From: Euryarchaeota archaeon UBA182
GTDB lineage: Archaea; Thermoplasmatota; Poseidoniia; Poseidoniales; Thalassarchaeaceae
Assembly: GCA_002495675.1 (NCBI GenBank)
Contig: DAGH01000023.1
Coordinates: 1,184-65,183, forward strand
Direction: 5' to 3'
Length of the DNA stretch: 64,000 nucleotides
Part shown: piece by piece, positions 36,619 to 45,494 of the stretch
How positions within the stretch are numbered: position 1 is the first letter of the stretch
How the letters are laid out: every line of letters begins with the position of its first letter
Notes under the pieces: generated by a model
Seen by the model: only the letters and a program-made list of their open reading frames with translations
The model's database searches: none
What the model was told of the DNA's origin: nothing
Translations under genes and position numbers: made by a program

Positions 36619-36643
36619 GGACGATGGCCCCCGTTAATTCCAA

Positions 36644-36728
36644 GCAGGGGTTCCCGAGCGGTCAAAGGGGCTGGGTTTAGGTCCCAGTGCGTAGTGCTTC
36701 GCAGGTTCGAATCCTGTCCCCTGCACCA
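36644..36728 (+). tRNA. tRNA-Leu(UAG): tRNA-Leu (anticodon UAG), class II with long variable arm, CCA encoded
   Basis: GCAGGGGTTCCCGAGCGGTCAAAGGGGCTGGGTTTAGGTCCCAGTGCGTAGTGCTTCGCAGGTTCGAATCCTGTCCCCTGCACCA. It has a 7-bp acceptor GCAGGGG/CCCCTGC, an anticodon stem CTGGG/CCCAG with loop TTTAGGT, a 13-nt variable arm and a T-loop TTCGAAT. Confidence 0.9.
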
Positions 36729-36795
36729 CACACTTACACCCCATTTTTGAGAAATAAGCCAACGGCTTGATCAAGTACCTCCCGAATCGATAACT

Positions 36796-38865
36796 ATGCC
36801 ATCACGTGACGAGGCCCATTCCTTGGACCTCAACAAGGATGGAAAAGTAGACGTGGGAGATGTGGCGCATATATTCTCCGAGGCAGAGCGTGTAAGATTA
36901 GACAGAGAGTTGGATTCCATCAGAGAGAGAAGACTTGGAGATACGCGCTTTTTCAGATGGGCAGTTGAAGACTATGTGCTCCTCTTCGGAGTTGCTTTTG
37001 GAGGATTCTTCCTCCTGCTAATAGCCACCGCAAGTACTGGTATACTTGCTGGAGACTCAGTTGCAATCGATCAAACTTTGTCAAAGACCCCGCTGGATAA
37101 TGGAGGCGAGTGTATAGACAAACAGGGACAGATTTGGCTGTCAGTATTCGAAGATCATCACGATCTGAGGATTAGGTCATACAACGTTCCAGAAATCGAA
37201 ACGGGCATGGTCGTGTCGTATACAAACCTGGAAGGGGTTGTTGTGGAGGAGGTCATGCGAGGGATTGGAGACCTGTCTATTGCCATTGATGGAGAGAATC
37301 TGTTGGTAGGAGAACAGACAGTTGTCGTCTCAATACTAAACTTAAGTCACAATCCAGACGCTGAGGACGAGAACATCAGCCTAGAATCCACTGAGATTTA
37401 TTCCCAAGCCTTTCCGATGGAAGTGGAACATCGGGTCAAGGGATGGCTATTCTCTAAGGGCGAAGTAATTGACATTGATCTGAAGGAAACTGGGCCAAGA
37501 GCATGTCTCACCTTCAAAGATCTCGGTGAGTGGGGGTGGCTGTTGATGGCAGCCGAATGGGCCGGGGGAAGAGAGACAGCCATGCTTACAGGTGGGAGCG
37601 GAGGTGTTCCTGCTTGGTGGATGGCATTCGTGTCTCTTGGAATGTCAATCGTATTTCTGTACATCCAATATCCCCTGATGCATAAAATGTATCACCGAGA
37701 AGGCGAGGAAGCACTTAACAAAAAACAAGTCAAGAGGCTCATCTCTAGGATTCTCGAAAGATCTCAAGATGAGGCCACGATAGAAATCGATTTTGAGCTC
37801 CTCAGGATGCAAGAAAGATCGATCTCTATCGACGTTTTCGTTCCTTATGTCCTAAAACCTCGTAGTATCATGACTACAACGGACGTAAGGTCGATTCTAA
37901 TGCGAGACCTACTTTCAGAATTTTCGATTTTCGGTGAGATGAGGCCGCTTCAACTAAGGGTACAATCAATCAATGCGAATAAAACAGGGGAGCAGATACT
38001 ATTGGGCGAAGACCTGACAATGGAGGGATTCGATCCAACAATTGTTGTTGATGACTACAGGCCCTTCTTCGAATCCATATCCATCGTTGGTACCATAGAA
38101 GATTCCGCGAGGCCAGTTATCCAAGAATTACTGGACGAATATGACCTTGCAGACGAAGGAACCCTCGTTTCTGCAGACGATAGGGCGGTCTATGTCAGAA
38201 TGATATATCGACCCCGAATTAGATTTAGTTATTTTTTATTCCCACGAAACTTCATTGAGATAGAGAATAGTCTTTCTGACAGACTGAATAAAGGGCTTTC
38301 CAGTTTATTGGAAGGTAGAAAAGTGGTTGTCAGCGCCAGAAATTTGAGACGTACCTTGGCTGATCAGGCAGTCGCCGGCAGGGTAGAGCAAGGAGGCTCA
38401 AACTTTGCAGGAGAGGCACTCGTTGCAAAACAACCAGGAATCACGGGGACACTCCTGCAAACCGTGGGAGGGGACATTCTTTCCAGTGTGGAATACGTGG
38501 CTCAAAGAAACAGAAATAGAATTGATAAATATGGATTCTGGGGCCTGATATTTTTCGTTTGGATACCATTCATGGCAAGTGGCGTGCTTGTCGGGGCTAT
38601 GCTAGGATTGGTCGCAAGGATGAGGTTTGAGAGAGTCCTATTGGCAACTACGGTCGGAGGCACAGCAGCATCAATTACTTGGGCGTATACTGCCAGAGGA
38701 ATAATTGAGTTCATGGAGAGATATCAGGCAGAGGTACTCATACCCTTCTTAATAGGACTAGTTTTTCTGTTCACATTTTTCCATCTTAGGAGAAATAAAA
38801 GGCTGAGAAGAGAGGAGCTTTTCAGGGAATCAATGTCATTTTTCAGTAGGGTTTCATTGGATTAG
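36796..38865 (+). CDS. Multi-domain membrane protein: N-terminal EF-hand-like loop, ectodomain, cytoplasmic domain, and C-terminal domain resembling the putative small multidrug export protein family (PF06695/COG2426-like)
   Basis: 689 aa. It has the Ca-binding-loop-like DLNKDGKVDVGD, at least 6 predicted TM helices, and the C-terminal YGFWGLIFFVWIPFMASGVLVGAMLGLVARMRFERVLLATTVGGTAASITWAY, which resembles the PF06695 core. The middle 270 aa match no family I recognise. Confidence 0.65.
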   Translation: MPSRDEAHSLDLNKDGKVDVGDVAHIFSEAERVRLDRELDSIRERRLGDTRFFRWAVEDYVLLFGVAFGGFFLLLIATASTGILAGDSVAIDQTLSKTPLDNGGECIDKQGQIWLSVFEDHHDLRIRSYNVPEIETGMVVSYTNLEGVVVEEVMRGIGDLSIAIDGENLLVGEQTVVVSILNLSHNPDAEDENISLESTEIYSQAFPMEVEHRVKGWLFSKGEVIDIDLKETGPRACLTFKDLGEWGWLLMAAEWAGGRETAMLTGGSGGVPAWWMAFVSLGMSIVFLYIQYPLMHKMYHREGEEALNKKQVKRLISRILERSQDEATIEIDFELLRMQERSISIDVFVPYVLKPRSIMTTTDVRSILMRDLLSEFSIFGEMRPLQLRVQSINANKTGEQILLGEDLTMEGFDPTIVVDDYRPFFESISIVGTIEDSARPVIQELLDEYDLADEGTLVSADDRAVYVRMIYRPRIRFSYFLFPRNFIEIENSLSDRLNKGLSSLLEGRKVVVSARNLRRTLADQAVAGRVEQGGSNFAGEALVAKQPGITGTLLQTVGGDILSSVEYVAQRNRNRIDKYGFWGLIFFVWIPFMASGVLVGAMLGLVARMRFERVLLATTVGGTAASITWAYTARGIIEFMERYQAEVLIPFLIGLVFLFTFFHLRRNKRLRREELFRESMSFFSRVSLD

Positions 38866-38922
38866 ATTACGCACTGTTTATACCACATCGAAATTCCCTC
38901 GCCACAGTAATCCGTGATACCC

Positions 38923-39615
38923 ATGCCTCTAGTAGAAATGAAGAATATTCAGAGACACTATGAAACACCAGCGGGAATTGTAAAGGCGCTTGATGGCGTT
39001 AGTTTCGACATAGAGGAGGGTGAGCGGGTTATCCTTCTAGGCCCATCGGGCTCAGGGAAAACTACACTTTTGAATTGTTTATCCGGCCTAGATAGTCCAA
39101 CCGGAGGGTCATACAAATTTCTTGGTGGCGAGGTACCCCGACATCATTCGGAAAAAATGACGTCCTTTCGAAGAGAGAATATAGGTTATGTTTTCCAGTT
39201 TTTCAATTTGCTTCAGGACCTTACGGTTCTTGAAAACATACTCCTGATCCAAGAACTTGCCGGGAACAAGAACTCCGCCCGCGCAAAGGAACTTCTTGAG
39301 CTGGTGGGCCTACACTCGGAAGTCAACCGATTCCCCGGAGAAATCAGCGGAGGCCAACAACAACGTGTGGCCATTGCTCGAAGTATTGCCAAGAGACCGA
39401 GGTTGTTGTTGGGGGATGAATTAACGGGAAACCTCGACACAGAAACATCAAACAGAGTCATGGAGGCACTTGTTAACGCCTGTAGACAGGAGGACATAAC
39501 CTCAGTATTTGTCACCCACGATGAGGGCCTGATTAGATATGCCACTCGAGTGATTCGCATTGATAGTGGCAGAATCATCTCAGACGAAAAGGTCACGTCT
39601 GATAATGAAAACTGA
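38923..39615 (+). CDS. ABC transporter ATP-binding protein (MacB/LolD-like)
   Basis: Walker A GPSGSGKTTL, Q-loop VFQFFNLL, signature ISGGQQQRVAIARS, Walker B LLLGDELTGNLD, H-loop VTHD. The track ORF starts at GTG 38914; ATG 38923 (MPLVEMKNI) is more typical. Confidence 0.9.
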   Translation: MPLVEMKNIQRHYETPAGIVKALDGVSFDIEEGERVILLGPSGSGKTTLLNCLSGLDSPTGGSYKFLGGEVPRHHSEKMTSFRRENIGYVFQFFNLLQDLTVLENILLIQELAGNKNSARAKELLELVGLHSEVNRFPGEISGGQQQRVAIARSIAKRPRLLLGDELTGNLDTETSNRVMEALVNACRQEDITSVFVTHDEGLIRYATRVIRIDSGRIISDEKVTSDNEN

Positions 39616-39624
39616 GGTGAAAAG

Positions 39625-42066
39625 ATGTCAAACCTCCTGAACAAACGCTTGGCACGGAGTCTATGGAGGACAAAACCCCGACTCTTTGCAGTCGTGATGA
39701 TGGTTGCAGTCGGGGTATTTGCCGGGATTACATTCAGCGGGTATTCCCATAACCTGGACGGCATGTATGAAACTCTGCATGGTGACGATGACGAGGGCGC
39801 TAATCTCGCCGACATGTGGATAGACAACCGGAGCACAACTTGGTCTCACGAGGAAGTCACGAACTTCTGCAGCGCATTAGAAGCATCATGGCCTGCAGAT
39901 ATGGACGAACTGGACTCATGCGAGGGTCGAACAATCGTGCAAGGCACAATGTTTCACTCAAACGATGGAGGCACACAAATAATCAATTCCCTCTGGCATG
40001 GCATTCCCGAGTTTGCCAACGCTGACAGGCTTTGGATGCCGTCAGGACATAGTGAAGGCAGGGTAGCCTCTGCCGCCGATGAGATAGTCATAGATGCCCA
40101 TGTTGTCGATGCACTCGATTTATCATTGGGGGATACCGTTCACATCGGTGCAGGAAGCTCGCCTGTCGAGTTTTCGATCGTTGGCATTGGGTATCACCCC
40201 CTTCACGTTTTCATGGCCCCAGAAGGCTCGATTTTTCCTCCAGAGCCAGGTCAGTATGTAGTCGGCTATGTCTCAGATAGCGGTATGGCCCGTCTCACGA
40301 ACAGTACGATCGGCAACAGCAATACTATCTTGCTGGATGTAGAGGGAACCCCATCATTCGATCTCCCTGACACAGAAGAATATGAAGGAGATGAAATTGA
40401 TTCGGTGAGGAATCTTGTTTCCAGAGCTCTAGAGAACGCTGAGTTGGACGGACGGATCAGGGATAGAGGCCAGAATGAGCCAGTTGAAATCATGCGGCAA
40501 GACCTTGAGGGTGCTAAGCGGACGAGCGTCCCCTTTGCAGTTATGATTGCTGCTATCGCCTCAATCACAATTGTCCTCAGCCTCCAACGATTGGTACAGA
40601 GTCAAGCCAAAGAGATAGCAGCATTGCGAACACTCGGCGTGAATAGAATGTCATTGATGACTGGATACCTCATCGCTCCACTTGCTATCGGTGCCGCTGG
40701 ATGTGGGCTTGGAGCAGTAATAGGTCCATTGGGGGTCGATTTCATGCTCGATTTCTACGAAGGCATCGTCGGCCTTCCCATTACAGAAAGAGAAGTCCCG
40801 TTGTCGATTTATTCAAATGTCATGATCCCTACTATCGCCGTTGTTTTCCTCTCAGGGGCATTCCCCGCCCTAAAAGCTAGTAAACTCGATCCTTTGGAGG
40901 TGCTCAGCGGTCAAAATCAAATTCGAGTTGGATCGAGGACCCTTCGTCGTCTAACCTCTTGGATGCCAACTACCCTCGGACTATCTATCAGGTCAAGCAT
41001 CCGGAAACCAGTTCGTTTGATGATGACATTCCTCGCTGTTGGAATCTCTCTGATGCTTTTCGGCTCGGTCCAAATGATGTCAGCTGGGCTTGAGGACACC
41101 ATCGTGGGCGGGCTTGAAGATCGACAATCCTGGGATGCCCAAGTCTACATCAACCACGATCAAGAGGAAAGGGTCATTGAATGGGCCGATCAGCGGGGCG
41201 CTACTTATGAGCCGTTAATTGAGATGCCCATAGGAATGGTGGAGGATCCCAAGGGTTTGGAGCGCATTTTCACAGTGGTAGGACTCGAATCTTTCACAGA
41301 AGGTTTACGAGAAATCAACATCATACAGGGTGATCCACCTCAGCTCAGCACTAGTGCCACTGAGGTCTTGCTCGACGAGGGTGCAGCGACATTCTTGGGG
41401 TGGAGTGTTGGACAATCACACACAGTCCTGTTGAATGGGGCCGAGCACGAAGTCACCATTGTTGGAGTTACTCGAGGTGAATTAGCGCGCACGATGTATT
41501 TTCTGAGGGCTGATCTGGGAGAGGCATTGGGGGTCAACGCCACTTCAATTTACCTTACACTTCCCGACGGTGTCGAGGTTGATTCATCTCTCGCAGAGAT
41601 ATCCGCCGGAGTGGTTGAGCGCGAGACCCTCATTGAAGGAATGAACAGTTTGATCGACCAACAGACCCAAATTTTTCTTGCTATGATGTATCTCGGACTC
41701 ATGTTCACCATCGCAGTGATGTTCAATACAATGATCATGAATGTCGCAGAACGAGACTTTGAACTCGCAACACTTAGAGTGTTGGGAGCGTCAACCCCAA
41801 GTCTTGGAATTATGCTACTCTTTGAAAGCCTTCTAATCGGAATCATTGGCGGTTTAGTCGGGGTCGTTTTCGCATATGGCGGCGCGGTCGGACTGGCAGC
41901 CTCTTTCTCTACTTGGCAGTTCTACGTAACTGTCTTGATAGTTCCCAGTGTAGCCTATCAACTAATGCTGGGCGTGATTTTGATCGCGATTGCCATGACG
42001 CCCATTGGCATCTGGCGCCTGCGTCGTATGGATTTAGTGGAGAAGGTAAAAAACCTCACACAATAG
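39625..42066 (+). CDS. ABC transporter permease with two FtsX-type 4-TM domains and large extracytoplasmic domains
   Basis: 813 aa. GAGGTGA lies 6 nt upstream of the ATG. There are two repeats of an N-terminal TM, a large loop and three TMs. FtsX-like segments: ALRTLGVNRMSLM and ELATLRVLGASTPSLGIMLLFESLLIGIIGGLVG. Confidence 0.85.
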   Translation: MSNLLNKRLARSLWRTKPRLFAVVMMVAVGVFAGITFSGYSHNLDGMYETLHGDDDEGANLADMWIDNRSTTWSHEEVTNFCSALEASWPADMDELDSCEGRTIVQGTMFHSNDGGTQIINSLWHGIPEFANADRLWMPSGHSEGRVASAADEIVIDAHVVDALDLSLGDTVHIGAGSSPVEFSIVGIGYHPLHVFMAPEGSIFPPEPGQYVVGYVSDSGMARLTNSTIGNSNTILLDVEGTPSFDLPDTEEYEGDEIDSVRNLVSRALENAELDGRIRDRGQNEPVEIMRQDLEGAKRTSVPFAVMIAAIASITIVLSLQRLVQSQAKEIAALRTLGVNRMSLMTGYLIAPLAIGAAGCGLGAVIGPLGVDFMLDFYEGIVGLPITEREVPLSIYSNVMIPTIAVVFLSGAFPALKASKLDPLEVLSGQNQIRVGSRTLRRLTSWMPTTLGLSIRSSIRKPVRLMMTFLAVGISLMLFGSVQMMSAGLEDTIVGGLEDRQSWDAQVYINHDQEERVIEWADQRGATYEPLIEMPIGMVEDPKGLERIFTVVGLESFTEGLREINIIQGDPPQLSTSATEVLLDEGAATFLGWSVGQSHTVLLNGAEHEVTIVGVTRGELARTMYFLRADLGEALGVNATSIYLTLPDGVEVDSSLAEISAGVVERETLIEGMNSLIDQQTQIFLAMMYLGLMFTIAVMFNTMIMNVAERDFELATLRVLGASTPSLGIMLLFESLLIGIIGGLVGVVFAYGGAVGLAASFSTWQFYVTVLIVPSVAYQLMLGVILIAIAMTPIGIWRLRRMDLVEKVKNLTQ

Positions 42067-42075
42067 GAGAAAAAA

Positions 42076-42867
42076 ATGAGGATAGCAACTTGGAATTTGA
42101 ACGGGATTAGGGCCGCTCACAAGAAAGGACTGGACCATTTCATAAAAAAGATAGATGCCGATGTTCTTTTGTTCCAGGAAGTCAGGGCCTTGCCCGAACA
42201 GATGCCAGTGGGTTGGACACAACCCCCAGATTACAATGTCATATGGCACCCGGCAGAAAAAAAGGGGTACTCAGGGGTAATGACTTGTTCTAAAGATGAA
42301 ATAATTGAAATCAGGAGAGGAATAGAAACCAATTTGGATGACACTTTGGACCCAGATGGTAGAGTCTTGGTCACGGGACATGGCGAGTTCACTTGCGTAA
42401 ACATGTATCTCCCCAATGGGTCTTCCAGTCCAGAGAGGCAGCACTACAAGGATATCTGGTTAGAGGATATGTTGGTATGGAGCCAAAACTTCCTGGCAGA
42501 TTCGAAACCCTCGTTGTTGTGCGGAGACCTCAATATAGCACACACGGAGAATGATATTTGGAATCCGTCGGGTAATCGAAGAACATCTGGGTTCCTAGAC
42601 CACGAGCGAGAGTGGTTCGACAGATTGTTGGAATCCGGTTGGAAAGACCTCGTTAGGGAGCAGTATGGAAGTATCAAAGGTCCATATTCATGGTGGTCGA
42701 ACCGAGGAAGGGCTCGAGAATTGGACAGGGGCTGGAGAATTGATTACATATTGGCAAATCCGGCGGCAGCAGATCGGTTCGTTCGAGCTGAGGTAATTAG
42801 AGAAGGAGGTCTGAGAATATCCGATCATGCCCCGGTGATAGCTGACTTCTCTGATCATGGGCACTAA
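42076..42867 (+). CDS. xth: Exodeoxyribonuclease III (AP endonuclease)
   Basis: MRIATWNLNGIRA, DVLLFQEV, CGDLNIAH and RISDHAPV are ExoIII/APE1 family motifs. GGAG lies upstream of the ATG. Confidence 0.9.
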   Translation: MRIATWNLNGIRAAHKKGLDHFIKKIDADVLLFQEVRALPEQMPVGWTQPPDYNVIWHPAEKKGYSGVMTCSKDEIIEIRRGIETNLDDTLDPDGRVLVTGHGEFTCVNMYLPNGSSSPERQHYKDIWLEDMLVWSQNFLADSKPSLLCGDLNIAHTENDIWNPSGNRRTSGFLDHEREWFDRLLESGWKDLVREQYGSIKGPYSWWSNRGRARELDRGWRIDYILANPAAADRFVRAEVIREGGLRISDHAPVIADFSDHGH

Positions 42868-42897
42868 TTCAAACGCAATAACCACTTAGAAAGAACC

Positions 42898-43692
42898 ATG
42901 ATAACACCGCCGAGCGACGCACTATCATCCCTTCTACCGGGTGGAAAAGGCGTTTGGGTCCCCATGGACCATGGCCTTTCTTCCTTCCCAGTTCGAGGCC
43001 TAAGGAACATTGAGGAGGCGATAGATGATTGCATCGAGGGTGGCGTTGATGCGATAGTACTGCAGAAGGGCGTATTGTCACATCAAATTAAGAGGCTCTC
43101 ATGGCCAAATTTCATCATGCACGTTTCAGCATCTACCATCCACGCAGGGATCAACTCAGACAATAAGGTATCAGTCGGGGATCCCAGCGAGGCAAAGGAA
43201 AGAGGTGCCGTCGCAATATCCTGCCAGATTAACTTGGGGTCCCAAAATGAAGGCGAAATGATCAGGGATGCAGGATTGCTTACCGGCGCAGCCCTAGCCC
43301 ATGACATGCCTGTGCTCGGAATGATCTACCCTAGAGGACCTGGCTTAGTCCAAATTGATGGCGATAGAACCAACGGAGTCGCACATGCTGCGAGACTAGC
43401 CTGGGAGCTTGGATGCCATGTCGCGAAGGTACCATGGACCGGGAGCGCGGACTCCTTCCATGATGTGTGCTCGTCAGTCCCGATCCCTGTTCTGATTGCA
43501 GGAGGTCAGCCGAACATATCATTCGCTCAAACCCTCGAGATCGTCGAGACTGCAATTTCTGTTGGCGGCGCTGGGGTCTGCATGGGCAGGCAGATATTCG
43601 AGGCTAACGATCGGATTGACAGAATTAGGGCGTTGAGGGCTGTAATTCATGAGGGAAAAACTTCGAACGAAGCCATTCAGATAATGGGGTGA
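42898..43692 (+). CDS. aroA': 2-amino-3,7-dideoxy-D-threo-hept-6-ulosonate (ADH) synthase, class I aldolase family
   Basis: DhnA/FbaB-type aldolase pattern (VWVPMDHGLS..., GVDAIVLQKGV, HVAKVPWTGS, LIAGG). It lies immediately upstream of DHQ synthase II, which favours ADH synthase over FBP aldolase. Confidence 0.75.
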   Translation: MITPPSDALSSLLPGGKGVWVPMDHGLSSFPVRGLRNIEEAIDDCIEGGVDAIVLQKGVLSHQIKRLSWPNFIMHVSASTIHAGINSDNKVSVGDPSEAKERGAVAISCQINLGSQNEGEMIRDAGLLTGAALAHDMPVLGMIYPRGPGLVQIDGDRTNGVAHAARLAWELGCHVAKVPWTGSADSFHDVCSSVPIPVLIAGGQPNISFAQTLEIVETAISVGGAGVCMGRQIFEANDRIDRIRALRAVIHEGKTSNEAIQIMG

Positions 43693-43698
43693 AAACCC

Positions 43699-44655
43699 AT
43701 GGAAGTATGGCTAGACTTCACTGCTGGAAAGAATTTCAGCGATGTCGATTCTGCTTTTATTGAAAATGTGCATAGACAATGGCATGGCGAGTCAAAGGAT
43801 GTTGCAGAAGTGGAGATAGATGGTTTCAGAGGACAGGAAGAAGCCGTCTCTCTAATAGGAATGGTCGATTGGTTACTTCTACGATGCTCTGATTGGACCA
43901 TGATCCCCTTGGAGAACATTATCTCTGCGTCCAGGGGTACTGGAACAAGAATCGCAGCAGCAGTCTCATGTACGGATGACATCAATGGAGCAGGATTCGC
44001 GTTGGAACACGGGGTAGATGCGGTGCTTATACCACCAAAAACCGATTTATTGAATTACTCATTGACCATATCAGAAAAAATGACGCCCAAGGAACAGGCC
44101 CCTGAACAAATACAATCAGGTTTGCAGTACTCCGAGGTTATCGATATCGCTGCAGTTGGGATCGGCGATCGGGTTTGTGTCGACCTCATTGATACTCTCG
44201 AATTGGGAGAGGGCCTCTTGGTAGGCTCAACAGCAAACGCGATGGTTATGGTCCATGGTGAAACCGTGCCATCAGAGTATGTCCCCACACGTCCTTTCAG
44301 GGTAAATGCAGGGGCAGTTCACTCATACTGCCTGATGGCTGATCAAACTACGAAATATCTCAGCGAGTTGGTCTCTGGTGACAAGGTCGCGGTGATCAAT
44401 CTCAGAGGTACACTCAGGCATTCCACAATTGGAAGAGTCAAAATAGAAAGGAGGCCGTTTGTGTTGGTAAAGTACAGCGATGGCAGCATTTCTGGACAGG
44501 TAGCACTCCAACAGGCCGAGACCATTCGCTTAGTCGGGGATGGAGGGCTCATTAGTGTCACCAACATAAATGTCGGAGACAGAGTGCTGACCAGAATGTC
44601 CACCGGTATGCGACACATTGGAAGGGAATTGGATGGGGTGATGAATGAGAGATGA
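43699..44655 (+). CDS. aroB': 3-dehydroquinate synthase II (archaeal type)
   Basis: GDRVCVDLIDTLELGEGLLVGSTANAMVMVHGE, RPFRVNAGAVHSY, TKYLSELVSGDKV and IGRVKIERRPFVLV are hallmark DHQS-II motifs. Confidence 0.88.
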   Translation: MEVWLDFTAGKNFSDVDSAFIENVHRQWHGESKDVAEVEIDGFRGQEEAVSLIGMVDWLLLRCSDWTMIPLENIISASRGTGTRIAAAVSCTDDINGAGFALEHGVDAVLIPPKTDLLNYSLTISEKMTPKEQAPEQIQSGLQYSEVIDIAAVGIGDRVCVDLIDTLELGEGLLVGSTANAMVMVHGETVPSEYVPTRPFRVNAGAVHSYCLMADQTTKYLSELVSGDKVAVINLRGTLRHSTIGRVKIERRPFVLVKYSDGSISGQVALQQAETIRLVGDGGLISVTNINVGDRVLTRMSTGMRHIGRELDGVMNER

Positions 44656-45494
44656 CATCAACCCCCAGTGTTGCTTACGGTGGTGTGAGCATACTTCATG
44701 CGGCAGGATGTGGATGGGGTTGTTCCACTCCTATTGACCTGTCTTGTAGGGCCATGATAAATAGAGACAAAGCAGGAAACAACGCGGATGATAGCGGCCT
44801 CCTCAGTCAGCTCTCATCGTCAATTCTATCCTTAACGGGGCATGAAATTGATAGTGAAATCACCATATCAGTGGAGAGCGAGATACCTGCATCCATGGGG
44901 CTAAAATCATCCTCAGCTGTAGCGATAAGTGCGATCAAGAGCGTAATTCAGGAATTAGAAATTGACCTAGATCCAAGACAGATCGTCGAAGTTGCAGCTG
45001 AAATGCAAATGAGGAGTGGGTGCTCCATGACAGGCGCATATGACGACAATTGGGCTGCGATGGGCATGAATTCTGCAATTATCAGATTAGAATCAGAACC
45101 ACCCTCAGAGCCATTTGCTCACACTGTAATCAATAATATGTATTGTACGATCATACACAGGGGGAGGAGAAGATCGACTCCCAAGTTGTCCGATTTTGAA
45201 AAAATGAGGTCGAAATTTAAAATCGCTAAAGAATCGTTGATGTCTGGTGATGTGATAGGCGCATTCAAAGAAAATGGACTTGCCGTGGCGGAAGCCACTC
45301 GAGATTTCCAAGGCCTGAAGATATTGAAAACTCTTGATTCAATGGGCCTCGCCTCGTCAATCACCGGATCTGGACCAAGTATTGCCATTCTTTATGGGGA
45401 AGATCAGATTGACTTGGTTTCCGACTTTTCCAGATCATTTGAACGAATTATAACTACAAAGGTCCTTCAACGCCCCCACATGGAGGGGAAATAA
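44652..45494 (+). CDS. aroK: Shikimate kinase, archaeal GHMP-kinase type
   Basis: GHMP motif PASMGLKSSSAVAISAI. The 280-aa size and the position between aroB' and aroC fit. It has a 4-nt overlap with aroB'. Confidence 0.75.
   Translation: MTSTPSVAYGGVSILHAAGCGWGCSTPIDLSCRAMINRDKAGNNADDSGLLSQLSSSILSLTGHEIDSEITISVESEIPASMGLKSSSAVAISAIKSVIQELEIDLDPRQIVEVAAEMQMRSGCSMTGAYDDNWAAMGMNSAIIRLESEPPSEPFAHTVINNMYCTIIHRGRRRSTPKLSDFEKMRSKFKIAKESLMSGDVIGAFKENGLAVAEATRDFQGLKILKTLDSMGLASSITGSGPSIAILYGEDQIDLVSDFSRSFERIITTKVLQRPHMEGK

Noticed and set aside
36547-36750. 67-aa plus-strand ORF
   Set aside because: It runs through tRNA-Leu (36644-36728), so it is an artefact of the structured RNA gene.
39213-39836. 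207-aa minus-strand ORF spanning the ABC ATPase/permease junction
   Set aside because: It is antisense to two well-supported genes with SD-preceded starts. It has no family features.
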